From Candidatus Caenarcanum sp. (GTDB lineage: Bacteria > Cyanobacteriota > Vampirovibrionia > Gastranaerophilales > UBA9971): a stretch of DNA of 31,391 bases. Where the stretch lies: assembly GCA_020720345.1 (NCBI GenBank), contig DYOT01000001.1, positions 1 through 31,391 of the forward strand. Direction: 5' to 3'. The notes under the pieces were generated by a model that was not told the origin of the DNA, searched no databases, and saw only the letters and a list, made by a program, of their open reading frames with translations. The first letter of the stretch is position 1. The number at the start of each line of letters is the position of its first letter. The position numbers and the translations under genes are program-made. This document shows, one piece after another, positions 1 through 9,110 of this stretch.

Positions 1-166
1 TTCTCATAAACCGTTCAGTTTTTTCATCATCATTGTTTGCCATCAATGCAAACGGAAGCTCAACGCCCAGAGATTCCATCAAACCGCGGTTAAGCACTGC
101 GTTTTTTTCGATTTCGGAGGTTGTTTTATACATGAATGATTGATTTTGATTTATGGGCGGCAGCAA
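1..166 (-). CDS. 5' part of a hypothetical gene running off the window edge
   Basis: Minus-strand frame open from TTG at 166 (or ATG at 133) to base 1: (L)LPPINQNQSFMYKTTSEIEKNAVLNRGLMESLGVELPFALMANNDDEKTERFMR. AGGA lies a few nt upstream of the TTG. Only ~55 codons visible, no family recognised. Confidence 0.5.
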   Translation of the reverse strand, partial: MLPPINQNQSFMYKTTSEIEKNAVLNRGLMESLGVELPFALMANNDDEKTERFMR

Positions 167-327
167 TTAAAATTTCCTACATTTATTTATGAGTTCACCT
201 ATAAACTATAAAACCAAAAACAAAAAAAATTGCCCTCCAAAAAAATATTGTAAATTGTAAAGGTAATTGACTAAAAAGCATATATCCTTAAAAATAATAC
301 TTGAACCATAGATGAACAGGCATTCTT

Positions 328-2883
328 ATGATTATAGATTATGACAAATATTCTCTGATTATTAATAATAAAAAAGTTTTAATAAACAGCGCAGCTTTTC
401 ATTATTTCCGATGCCCGGGAATAGATACTTGGAGAGACAGACTAAGCAAGATTAAAGCCTGTGGATACAACACAGTCGACTTCTATTTTTGCTGGGGATA
501 TCACTCACATAAACCAGGGGCTTATGATTTTACCGGAATCAGGGATATAAGAGCGCTTCTGGATTTAACTGTCGAGCTTGACTTACACGTAATTGCGAGA
601 CCGGGACCTTTTATAAACGCTGAACTTTCTCTTGGCGGACTTCCAACTTGGCTTTTAAATATTCCCGGCATGATTATCAGGAACAAAAAAGACGGAAATT
701 TTGTTTACTCCAAGCCTTACATGAAAGCATTAAGAGAATGGTATTCAAGAATTATTCCAATTATAAATGAATATCACAATATAATTGCATTTCAGATAGA
801 GAATGAATACTTCACAAATGAGGCAGAGCCTGATTACATGCAGGAACTTTACGATATGTCTCGTTCTCTTGGTATTAAAGCGCCAATATTTCATAATGAT
901 GCGCTTTCTGTTGGTTTATATTCTGACATTGTCAACATTTACGCTTTCGATAATTATCCGACAATTAATTTAAACTATAACTGGAAGGATTTTCCTGATA
1001 CTTTCGGGGTTTTAGACAATGCGGAAAGTAATCTAAAAGAATACAAAGATGATGCGCCGCTTTTAATTGCGGAGCTTCAAGCAGGATGGTTTGACAGATG
1101 GGACGGTATTGGATATGAAAAGATACACCCCCATTTTGAAGAACAGCATATAAATATTGTTACTAAAACAGCGCTTTCGCAGGGAATAACAATGTTTAAC
1201 CATTATATGGGATGCGGAGGAACTTCATGGGATAAACTGGCAAGCTGCGAAGTTTATACGTCTTATGATTTTGCAGCGCCTATTTCAGAAACAGGCATTC
1301 CACGAAAAAATTATTTTAAAGCAAAACAAATAAACTATTTTTTAAATTCATTTAATCTTGCTTCGACCGAGCTAATCGAAGAATTTCACGCTGAAGTTGT
1401 CGCATGTCATTCCGAACTTGATTCGGAATCTATCCGGCAATTAGAATCGGTATCCAAAACCGAACAGATCTTGAAACAAGTTCAGGATGACAATTCTATG
1501 CAAGATACTATTTTGGAAAATGAAAATCTTTTCATCAAGTTGAGAAAAGATAACCTTAATGGATGCAAGTGGCTTTTTATCAGAAATTTTAATATTTTAG
1601 ATAAAAATTTAAATATTTTAGATAAATTTAATATAAAAATTAAGCCTTTCGACATGAAAATTCTTCCTGTTGATTTAAACTTAAACGCATGCAAAATAGA
1701 TTTTTCTTCAATGGAAATTTTTGCAAGGGTTGAGAATGCTAATCATGAAAAAGTTTTTTTGCTTATAGACAAAGATTCTGAGATTTATATTTCCGCCCCA
1801 CTGATAAATGGAATTAACCGTATAAAATCCGATAATCTTGAAGATTTATCTTCGTATAAATTCACAAAAGATGACCAGATTACCGAAATTATTTTTATAA
1901 AGCCTGAAACTGCTGATAAAACGTGGATTATTAATAATAAAATTCTTACAGGTGTGGATTTTTTAACCGATAATTCAGCAAAAGCTGCTTTTAAAAAAGC
2001 TTTTGAAAAAGAAGACCTGCCGCAATTAACAAATTGGAAAGCCTTTAAATGCAGCCCTGAAATAGATTTCAACTATGATTATTCAAGCTGGGATGTATTA
2101 AATGAGCCTGAAAAGTTTGACTGCATTACAAATGCAACTTATGACGATTATATATGGTATAAAGGCTCTTTTAAACATACGCCTGACATGATTGAAATAA
2201 GCGCTAAACACTGCTGGGCTGTTTATTTAAACGGCAAACAAATTTATCAGCACGATACATTGGGAATTGACCATGAAATTTCTGAAAATATAACTTTTGA
2301 AATAAACAAACATTTTTCTCATCCAACCGGTAGAAATGAATTGACGATACTGGTACAAAATTTAGGATTTGACAAAGGTTTTCAAAATGAACTTGTCGCT
2401 CCAAGAGGAATATTGTCGTTAAAAACAATACCTGAAAAGGAAATTGAATGGAGAATAAGAGGCGGATTAGCTCCTGTTATAGAAGAATGGGATTTCATGC
2501 CGGAAGATAATCTGGAAAACTCTTCCGAAAACGCTTATTTAGTACAATTAAGCGCAAACTTCAAAATAAATCCTGCTAATAAAAAGGTAGAATTTAATCC
2601 TCTTTTACTTGACCTGAGCGATGCAAAATTTAATAAAGCGGATATATATTTAAATGGCAACCATATTGGTAGGTTCTGGAAATCCAAAGGTCCTCAAACT
2701 CTGTTTTATATGCCTGAAGAATTTATAAACCCTGTTAACAGACTGTCATTAATTATTTGGGACAGAGAAAATGTTATTAATTTTAATAAAGACTTTGATT
2801 CAGGACAAGTATGTGTTAATATAAAGATAAGAAACATTCAGGCATTTGAATTAAAATCAGTTGAAGGATTAAACCTTACTTAA
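328..2883 (+). CDS. GH35 beta-galactosidase-like glycoside hydrolase (cytoplasmic, no signal peptide)
   Basis: GH35 motifs SAAFHYFR, GYNTVDFYFCWGYH, ARPGPFINAE, FQIENEY (acid/base Glu), AELQAGWFD (nucleophile Glu), YTSYDFAAPISE. C-terminal beta-domain motif IYLNGNHIGRFW...GPQTLFYMP. Confidence 0.9.
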   Translation: MIIDYDKYSLIINNKKVLINSAAFHYFRCPGIDTWRDRLSKIKACGYNTVDFYFCWGYHSHKPGAYDFTGIRDIRALLDLTVELDLHVIARPGPFINAELSLGGLPTWLLNIPGMIIRNKKDGNFVYSKPYMKALREWYSRIIPIINEYHNIIAFQIENEYFTNEAEPDYMQELYDMSRSLGIKAPIFHNDALSVGLYSDIVNIYAFDNYPTINLNYNWKDFPDTFGVLDNAESNLKEYKDDAPLLIAELQAGWFDRWDGIGYEKIHPHFEEQHINIVTKTALSQGITMFNHYMGCGGTSWDKLASCEVYTSYDFAAPISETGIPRKNYFKAKQINYFLNSFNLASTELIEEFHAEVVACHSELDSESIRQLESVSKTEQILKQVQDDNSMQDTILENENLFIKLRKDNLNGCKWLFIRNFNILDKNLNILDKFNIKIKPFDMKILPVDLNLNACKIDFSSMEIFARVENANHEKVFLLIDKDSEIYISAPLINGINRIKSDNLEDLSSYKFTKDDQITEIIFIKPETADKTWIINNKILTGVDFLTDNSAKAAFKKAFEKEDLPQLTNWKAFKCSPEIDFNYDYSSWDVLNEPEKFDCITNATYDDYIWYKGSFKHTPDMIEISAKHCWAVYLNGKQIYQHDTLGIDHEISENITFEINKHFSHPTGRNELTILVQNLGFDKGFQNELVAPRGILSLKTIPEKEIEWRIRGGLAPVIEEWDFMPEDNLENSSENAYLVQLSANFKINPANKKVEFNPLLLDLSDAKFNKADIYLNGNHIGRFWKSKGPQTLFYMPEEFINPVNRLSLIIWDRENVINFNKDFDSGQVCVNIKIRNIQAFELKSVEGLNLT
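1405..1492. repeat. Palindromic element, family A, full two-arm copy inserted in-frame in the GH35 gene
   Basis: Left arm TGTCATTCCGAACTTGATTCGGAATCT (1405-1431), right arm AGATCTTGAAACAAGTTCAGGATGACA (1466-1492). The arms are imperfect inverted repeats and each is a hairpin. Translates as CHSELDSES...ILKQVQDD. Confidence 0.9.
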
Positions 2884-2916
2884 ATTTATTTTCAGAAAAT
2901 CTTAGCGAGGCATGGC

Positions 2917-3318
2917 GTGACTATTATCCCATCTTTTTTGCTCAAAAAAATTTACAAAAAAGGCAGCTTAAGACTTATAGAAGAAGGCATAGCCTTTGAA
3001 TTAAAAAACATTCTGGCTCCGGGTTTTATTACCGGAATCAATTTCGTTAAAATTAATGACACTATTTATAATTCTTCATTTATTAAAATTATAAAATCAG
3101 GTGTTGCGACTTTAGCAGAACATGTTTCTTCTGAAAATCCCATGCTTGTCAAACTTAATGAAGATATTACATGTATTTTAAATAATGAATTTGATTCAGG
3201 AATAAACTGCTTTTCAGAACCCGCTGCACAGCTACAAAAGGGAATAAACAACATAATCGTAGAATTAACAAGTCTTGATGCAGGCAGAGTACAAATAAAT
3301 CTTTCTGATATGGTGTAA
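2917..3318 (+). CDS. Small conserved hypothetical protein, probably beta-rich (PSFLLKKIYKKGSL...FELKNILAPG motif)
   Basis: GTG start with GAGG at 2907-2910, 33 nt after the GH35 stop. The N-terminal motif resembles a small uncharacterised family I recall from thermophilic archaea and Chloroflexi; not verified by search. Confidence 0.75.
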   Translation: MTIIPSFLLKKIYKKGSLRLIEEGIAFELKNILAPGFITGINFVKINDTIYNSSFIKIIKSGVATLAEHVSSENPMLVKLNEDITCILNNEFDSGINCFSEPAAQLQKGINNIIVELTSLDAGRVQINLSDMV

Positions 3319-3319
3319 T

Positions 3320-4429
3320 TTATTCTTTTTTATCGCTAAAACTTTTTCTCACGCCTTTGTAGAAGGCTTCTCTTTTGGTTACGGCATCTTCTTCAGACTG
3401 TTTTTCTGCTTGCTTGATAGAATTCAAAATCTTTTCAGATTCTCCTTGATAATTATCTTTATTACTGTTAAAAATTATCACATTGCCGCTTGTAGCGCCT
3501 TTTAAACTATCTTCTTTCAGTAAATTACGGACAGCATCGCTTGTTTGTGGTGGTTCTGCGGGTTCAGACTTTTTCTGAATTTGTCCTGCATTTTTAAACT
3601 TTGAAACTTCGTTTTTAAGATCTTTTTTGAAATCTTCAGTCAATATTTCATTTTTCAGCAATGAATTTTTCAATATAACAATTTCAACCCTTCTGTTTAA
3701 TTTTCTACCCTGCTCAGTGTCATTCAAAGAGACAGGTCTGCTTTCAGCGTAACCTACAGCGCTGAACCTGTTTGCGGGTATATGGGAATTATCTACAAGA
3801 TAACGAACAATAGTTGATGCCCTGGCAGATGAAAGTTCCCAGTTTGAGGGATAAAGTGACGATTTCATAGGTAAATTATCTGTATGCCCTTCAATTCTCA
3901 ACAAATGATTGGGAAATTTAGTTTTAATAACTTCTCCTAATTTATCAATGACTTTATAATAATCAGTTTTTATTGCCGCACTTGCAGGCTCAAAAATAAC
4001 ATTTCCGATTAAATTAATTACAAGTCCTCTCTCAGAGACTTTTGCCTTAATTTCTTTAATTCCCTCAAGTCCATTAGGCTTTTTATCATTTAAGTTTTTT
4101 GCAACTTCCTCAAAATCAGCTTTTTCTTTTTGTGTGTATGGCTGATCAAGTATAGGAGGAATTATATTTTGATTATTTGCTTCTCCACTAGCACTCATGA
4201 CCTGATCGCCTTGTTTATCAAGTACACTTGGCTCTCCTTTTAAAATAGTCGGTGAAGAAGAAAAAGCCTTTGCAAGAGAAATCTTCAAATCTTTAAATTT
4301 AGCTAAATCAAGTTGTGACAGGGCATAAAGCACAACAAATGTTGCAAACAACAGTGTAATAAAATCCGCATAGGATACAAGCCATCTTTCAAGATTTACA
4401 TGTTCTTCAGCGTGTTTTTTTCTTGCCAT
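3320..4429 (-). CDS. motB: Flagellar stator protein MotB (OmpA-like peptidoglycan-binding domain) with a long C-terminal extension
   Basis: TM motif WLVSYADFITLLFATFVVLYALS with the critical Asp22. OmpA-like motifs IEGHTDN, NWELSSARA, GYAESRP, NRRVEIVI. Confidence 0.95.
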   Translation of the reverse strand: MARKKHAEEHVNLERWLVSYADFITLLFATFVVLYALSQLDLAKFKDLKISLAKAFSSSPTILKGEPSVLDKQGDQVMSASGEANNQNIIPPILDQPYTQKEKADFEEVAKNLNDKKPNGLEGIKEIKAKVSERGLVINLIGNVIFEPASAAIKTDYYKVIDKLGEVIKTKFPNHLLRIEGHTDNLPMKSSLYPSNWELSSARASTIVRYLVDNSHIPANRFSAVGYAESRPVSLNDTEQGRKLNRRVEIVILKNSLLKNEILTEDFKKDLKNEVSKFKNAGQIQKKSEPAEPPQTSDAVRNLLKEDSLKGATSGNVIIFNSNKDNYQGESEKILNSIKQAEKQSEEDAVTKREAFYKGVRKSFSDKKE

Positions 4430-4447
4430 AATTTCAACTTATCCGTA

Positions 4448-5239
4448 TTAAGCCATTGATTCTTCAGCAGATTTTGAGCCGCCATGCCCGCCTGATTCTT
4501 CTAATATAAACGCCTGAAGTTTTCTCTCAATAAGCGCAGGACTTTCTCCGGCCTGAATAGAAAGTATACCTTCAATCATCATTTGTTTTGCAATAAACAT
4601 ATGGTGATCTTTATTTTTAATTTTGGTATTCATCGGAATAAATACTAAATTTGCTCCGATTAAACCATAAATAGTAGCAACGAATGCAACAGCAATACCT
4701 GCTCCCAGTGCAGAAGGATCAGAAAGGTTTTTCATTACCTGAATAAGCCCCATTACTGCGCCGATAATTCCAAATGTAGGTGAATAAGCTCCGGCTGCTT
4801 CCCAAACCTTGCAATCACTTAAGGAAGAAGCTTCCATCTGCGCAAGTTGAGTTTCCATTAAATCTCTGACAAGAGAAGGATCAGCTCCGTCGCTAACCGC
4901 TTCAAGTCCAAGTTTTATTAAAGAATCACTTGCATGCTTTGCTTCTTTTTCAAGAACAATGACCCCTTCTTTTCTTGCCTTTGTAGCATATCTTACAATT
5001 TCCGCAATAATTTCTTTAAACTCTATATGTTGAGTAAAAAAAACTCTTTGTACCGCTTTTACTGCTGAAATAAGCTGTTCCTGAGAAAAACTAAAAACGA
5101 CTGCTCCTAAAGTACCACCAAATACAATCATAGCAGCAGTTACCTGTATCAATGATGCTATGGTGCCACCTTCCATGGAATATGCGACCATAATAAATAC
5201 TATACCGGCTATAGGACCAATTAAGGATGTTAAATCCAT
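4448..5239 (-). CDS. motA: Flagellar stator protein MotA
   Basis: EGG..ASLIQ..AAMIVFGGT, ARKEGVIVLE, GAYSPTFGIIGAVMGLI, VAFVATIYG, EGILSIQAGESP. Directly upstream of motB. Confidence 0.95.
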   Translation of the reverse strand: MDLTSLIGPIAGIVFIMVAYSMEGGTIASLIQVTAAMIVFGGTLGAVVFSFSQEQLISAVKAVQRVFFTQHIEFKEIIAEIVRYATKARKEGVIVLEKEAKHASDSLIKLGLEAVSDGADPSLVRDLMETQLAQMEASSLSDCKVWEAAGAYSPTFGIIGAVMGLIQVMKNLSDPSALGAGIAVAFVATIYGLIGANLVFIPMNTKIKNKDHHMFIAKQMMIEGILSIQAGESPALIERKLQAFILEESGGHGGSKSAEESMA

Positions 5240-5323
5240 GAATAACTCCAGAAAATTTTTATACTTTCTCTTTTTTATTTAACCCCAATTTTTATATATC
5301 GTAATCATACAGTTAAATGGTAG

Positions 5324-5332
5324 TGTTATAAT
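5324..5332 (+). promoter_or_regulatory. Extended -10 sigma70-type promoter element for the 5361 ORF
   Basis: TGTTATAAT (TGn-TATAAT) in the motA/ORF divergent intergenic region, flanked by an imperfect inverted repeat (ACAGTTAAAT...ATTTAACCTGT). Confidence 0.55.
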
Positions 5333-5360
5333 TTAACCTGTTAATTATGGAGCAATAAAA

Positions 5361-5720
5361 TTGTTTATAAGTTTTAACGGTTTTGTTTTATTAAAAGGTG
5401 ATAAAAAGACCAGCGCAAACGATTTAGACAGGGCAATGACAGCTAAATTAAAAGAAATTGGCAACAAATCAAGACTTAAAAAAATTTATGATGAAGACAA
5501 TCAAAAAGTAGTATTGTGGGGAGAAGAAAAGGATTACTTTATCACACATCAGGCTTACTGGCGCAGGCATCATAAAACTCACCCCGGAAAAAATAAAATA
5601 GCTCCCTCTAACGCTTTTTTTGACACAAAACAAAAATTCAAGCTTGTCGAAATAAATACCAAAAATTACAGGTCTCTTCTTGGACTTGACGTGCTTGACT
5701 GGTTTAAACCCAAGGTTTAA
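5361..5720 (+). CDS. Hypothetical basic protein (119 aa)
   Basis: TTG start with GGAG ~8 nt upstream and an extended -10 further upstream. No recognisable family. Confidence 0.65.
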   Translation: MFISFNGFVLLKGDKKTSANDLDRAMTAKLKEIGNKSRLKKIYDEDNQKVVLWGEEKDYFITHQAYWRRHHKTHPGKNKIAPSNAFFDTKQKFKLVEINTKNYRSLLGLDVLDWFKPKV

Positions 5721-5808
5721 TCAAATTATATAGTCCTGTTCAAGAAACAATATACCCGATTGTACAGTCGATTATATTAGAAATTAAATGTATAAGAAAT
5801 TTTGTATA

Positions 5809-5817
5809 TGTTAAAAT
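5809..5817 (+). promoter_or_regulatory. Extended -10 element, probable secA promoter
   Basis: TGTTAAAAT (TGn-TAAAAT) about 60 nt upstream of the probable secA start. Confidence 0.5.
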
Positions 5818-5822
5818 TTTAT

Positions 5823-5849
5823 AGATGCTGAAACAAGTTCAGCATGACA
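5823..5849. repeat. Palindromic element, family A, single right arm in the secA leader
   Basis: AGATGCTGAAACAAGTTCAGCATGACA, with a perfect 8-bp stem ATGCTGAA/TTCAGCAT. Same 27-nt pattern as the GH35 right arm. Confidence 0.85.
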
Positions 5850-5879
5850 ATTGTTAAATTCGGGGAAAAAATTAAAATT

Positions 5880-8699
5880 ATGATAGATGTTTTATTAAAA
5901 ATATTTGGGGATCCAAATGAGAAAAAAATTAAAAAAATTCAACCTATAATTGAATACATAAACAGCATGGAATCTGAAATCAGCAAACTTTCAGATTATG
6001 AATTAAAGACAAAAACAGCTGAATTCAAACAAAGACTTGTAAACAGGCAAAGATCAGACGATTTTTCAAGAGACAAAGCTTTAGAAAAAGAAGCACTGGA
6101 AAACTTGTTACCGGAAGCCTTTGCAGTAGTAAGGGAAGCAGGAAAAAGAACCCTTAACATGCGTCATTTTGACGTGCAGCTAATCGGGGGAATTATTCTT
6201 CATCAGGGACAGATATCAGAAATGAGAACCGGTGAAGGTAAAACGCTTGTTGCAACTTTGCCTGCATACTTAAATGCACTTACAGGTAAAGGGGTGCATG
6301 TTGTTACGGTTAACGATTATTTGGCTAAACGTGACAGTGAATGGATGGGCAAAATTTACAAGTTTCTCGGACTTGAAGTAGGGCTTGTTCTTTCTGACTG
6401 GACGGAAAAAGGTTTTGAAAAGAAGAAAAAAGCATATGCAGCCGATATAACATACGGAACTAACAATGAATTCGGTTTTGATTACCTGCGTGATAATATG
6501 GCAGGAAGCCTTGAACAGTACGTTCAAAGACCTTATAACTACGCTATTATTGACGAAGTTGACAGTATTCTTATAGACGAAGCAAGAACGCCTCTTATTA
6601 TAAGCGGAAGACTTGAAAAATCGGCAGAAACATATAAGACTATGGCAAAAATTGCTCCCGCCTTAGAAAAAGACATTGATTACGAAATTGAAGAGAAAAA
6701 CAAAAACATAATTCTTACCGAGGAAGGCATAGACAAAGCTCAGGAACTTCTGGGAGTTCAAGATATTTTTGATACTTCCACTCAACTTGCGCATTATGTT
6801 CTTCAGGCGCTAAAAGCCAAGGAATTATTCCAAAAAGACACTGATTATGTCGTTAAAAATGGTGAGATAGTTATAGTTGATGAATTTACCGGCAGAATGA
6901 TGGAAGGTCGACGTTGGAGTGATGGGCTTCATCAGGCTGTAGAAGCAAAAGAAGGCGTTAAAATTCAGGATGAAAGCCAGACACTTGCAAGCATAACTTT
7001 CCAGAATCTGTTCAGACTTTACCCCAAGCTTGCAGGAATGACAGGTACAGCAATTACTGAAGAAGCAGAATTCGGGAAAATATACGGTCTTGAAGTTACA
7101 CAAATTCCGACAAACAGGAAAGATACAAGAAAAGATCTTGCTGATATTGTTTATAAGACTGAAAAACAAAAATTCAAGTCTGTAGTTGACGAAATACAAG
7201 AAGCTCATTTACAGGGAAGACCAATTCTTGTAGGGACAATAAGCATTGAAAAATCCGAATTTTTATCAGGATTGCTCAAAGCAAAAGGGCTTAAACACAA
7301 TGTACTAAACGCAAAACATCATGAAAAGGAAGCCGTTATAATTTCTCAAGCCGGCAGATACGGTGGAATTACAATAGCCACAAACATGGCAGGTAGAGGA
7401 ACAGATATTATACTCGGCGGAAATCCTGAATTTCTTGCTAAAGACTCATTGTCAGGTATTGATAAAGATAAAATTTCTACAGAAGAATACGAAAATTTAA
7501 AAAATCAGGCTCTTGAAAAAGCGTATAAAATTACACAGGAAGAGCATGAAAAAGTTGTGAATGCCGGAGGACTGTACGTAATAGGCACAGAAAGGCATGA
7601 ATCACGACGTATTGATAACCAGCTCAGAGGAAGAGCCGCAAGACAGGGAGATCCCGGTTCTACAAGATTTTTCCTTTCTCTTGAAGATAACTTAATGCGC
7701 ATTTTCGGTGGAGACAAAATCTATAACCTTATGGAAATGCTTAAAGTAGAGGAAGACATGGCAATAGAAGCCCCTATAATTAGCAGAAGCATAGAATCAG
7801 CGCAAAAAAAAGTTGAAACATATCACTTTGATATGAGAAAACACGTCCTTGAATACGATGACGTTATAAACAGACATAGAGAACTTTTCTATACCCAGAG
7901 AAGAAAGGTTCTTGAAGGAAAAAATATTCATGAAGATATTACTTATATGATTGAACAGGAACTTAACAGGATTATGTCAGCTTATATAAGTCCTGAATTA
8001 CCTCCAGTTGAATATGACGAGGAATCTCTTAATTTTCTTATAAGAGCAATACATTCAGTCATTCCGCAGCTTTCACAACTTTCTGTCGAGGATATTAGTG
8101 GGATTAAATACCCTGACTTACTTGAAAAGATTAAAAACATGGCAATTGCCGTCTATAATAAACACGAAGATGAAATCATAACGTTCTATAACAATATTAT
8201 GGCTGATTCATATAATGAAGGTGAATACGAATTGCAGATTTCAGGCGCTGAAGATAATATTATGAGAAATCTTGAAAGGGATACACTGCTTAGGATTATT
8301 GACAGTAAATGGATTGACCACCTGCATAATATAGATATTCTTAGAGACGGCATTGGTTTAAGGGCGTATGGACAGAAAGATCCTCTTCTGGAATACAAAA
8401 AAGAAGCTTTTGACCTCTTTAACGGAATGATGCATGAAATTCAAAGAGAAACGGTTGCGCATCTTTTCAGGACAAAGTTCGAGATGCAGGTAGTCCATAT
8501 GCAGGAAGAGCCTTCTGATGTAATAGAAACAGATCTTTCAAGAGCCGCTGAAAACTTTGTACCTGATTTTTTGACGAACAATACTGTAAGCACAGGCGAT
8601 AAAATCGGCAGAAATGATCTTTGTCCCTGCGGAAGCGGACAAAAATACAAAAAATGCTGTATGCAAAGCGGAAGGAAGGGCTCCACTTTTTCTGACTAA
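5880..8699 (+). CDS. secA: Preprotein translocase ATPase SecA
   Basis: [64 protein letters not shown], and a C-terminal SEC-C motif [18 protein letters not shown]. The ORF-track ATG at 5844 lies inside the repeat arm, so ATG 5880 ([16 protein letters not shown]) is the more plausible start. Confidence 0.98.
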   Translation: MIDVLLKIFGDPNEKKIKKIQPIIEYINSMESEISKLSDYELKTKTAEFKQRLVNRQRSDDFSRDKALEKEALENLLPEAFAVVREAGKRTLNMRHFDVQLIGGIILHQGQISEMRTGEGKTLVATLPAYLNALTGKGVHVVTVNDYLAKRDSEWMGKIYKFLGLEVGLVLSDWTEKGFEKKKKAYAADITYGTNNEFGFDYLRDNMAGSLEQYVQRPYNYAIIDEVDSILIDEARTPLIISGRLEKSAETYKTMAKIAPALEKDIDYEIEEKNKNIILTEEGIDKAQELLGVQDIFDTSTQLAHYVLQALKAKELFQKDTDYVVKNGEIVIVDEFTGRMMEGRRWSDGLHQAVEAKEGVKIQDESQTLASITFQNLFRLYPKLAGMTGTAITEEAEFGKIYGLEVTQIPTNRKDTRKDLADIVYKTEKQKFKSVVDEIQEAHLQGRPILVGTISIEKSEFLSGLLKAKGLKHNVLNAKHHEKEAVIISQAGRYGGITIATNMAGRGTDIILGGNPEFLAKDSLSGIDKDKISTEEYENLKNQALEKAYKITQEEHEKVVNAGGLYVIGTERHESRRIDNQLRGRAARQGDPGSTRFFLSLEDNLMRIFGGDKIYNLMEMLKVEEDMAIEAPIISRSIESAQKKVETYHFDMRKHVLEYDDVINRHRELFYTQRRKVLEGKNIHEDITYMIEQELNRIMSAYISPELPPVEYDEESLNFLIRAIHSVIPQLSQLSVEDISGIKYPDLLEKIKNMAIAVYNKHEDEIITFYNNIMADSYNEGEYELQISGAEDNIMRNLERDTLLRIIDSKWIDHLHNIDILRDGIGLRAYGQKDPLLEYKKEAFDLFNGMMHEIQRETVAHLFRTKFEMQVVHMQEEPSDVIETDLSRAAENFVPDFLTNNTVSTGDKIGRNDLCPCGSGQKYKKCCMQSGRKGSTFSD

Positions 8700-8777
8700 A
8701 TGTCATGAAAAGAAGGAGGAATCTTTAAACGTTAATGCATAATAACAAAGCTTTAAGATAAAGGAGTATGGCAGACA

Positions 8778-8975
8778 ATGGAATGCAGAATTTCAAAAAA
8801 TTTACAAAACTGCACTTGCAGCTATGACGGATGCTCCAGAAGAGGGGTTTGTTGTGAATGTGTAACATATCACCGGAGCAAAAACGAAATACCGGGCTGT
8901 TTTTTCCCGCCTGACGCTGAAAAAACATGGGACAGGTCAATCAAAAATTTTGTGAACAGTTTTAAACAAAACTAA
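8778..8975 (+). CDS. Small Cys-rich DUF6485-like protein
   Basis: 65 aa with 8 Cys: C-x8-CTC-x4-C-x5-CCEC...PGCFFPP..EKTWDRS. The pattern matches the DUF6485 family as I recall it. AAGGAG at 8761-8766. Confidence 0.8.
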   Translation: MECRISKNLQNCTCSYDGCSRRGVCCECVTYHRSKNEIPGCFFPPDAEKTWDRSIKNFVNSFKQN

Positions 8976-9110
8976 AAGCTTAACATTTCGTCTTACTTAA
9001 TTGTGAAAAAATCATTTACGATATAAAATTACTTTATATCAAGTAACCTTTTAAATTAAGCAATAATAAATTCAAATCTGGCATAGTTGGAGGAAACGGG
9101 TAAAATTCAA

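Noticed and set aside
1591-1626. 21-nt period duplication in GH35 (NILDKNLNILDK)
   Set aside because: Two copies in very AT-rich sequence, in frame. Looks like a minor slippage event without evident function.
5240-5340. Sigma28 (FliA) promoter for motAB
   Set aside because: A -10-like ACGATATA exists on the minus strand, but no TAAA -35 at the proper spacing.
5704-5770. Small palindromes TTAAACC-CAA-GGTTTAA and CGATTGTACAGTCG upstream of secA
   Set aside because: Short, single-copy, no U-tract and no recognised regulator consensus. Compatible with chance.
8605-8660. SEC-C metal-binding motif of SecA
   Set aside because: Standard feature of most bacterial SecA proteins.
8701-8724. TGTCATGAAAAGAAGGAGGAATCT after secA resembles family A arm ends
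   Set aside because: Only the terminal 6-7 nt match, and there is no internal stem. Could be chance or a fully eroded copy.
8768-8827. Alternative short ORF from ATG 8768 overlapping the DUF6485-like gene
   Set aside because: The SD is only 1 nt away and the product is 19 aa with no features. ATG 8778 gives the conserved Cys-rich protein.
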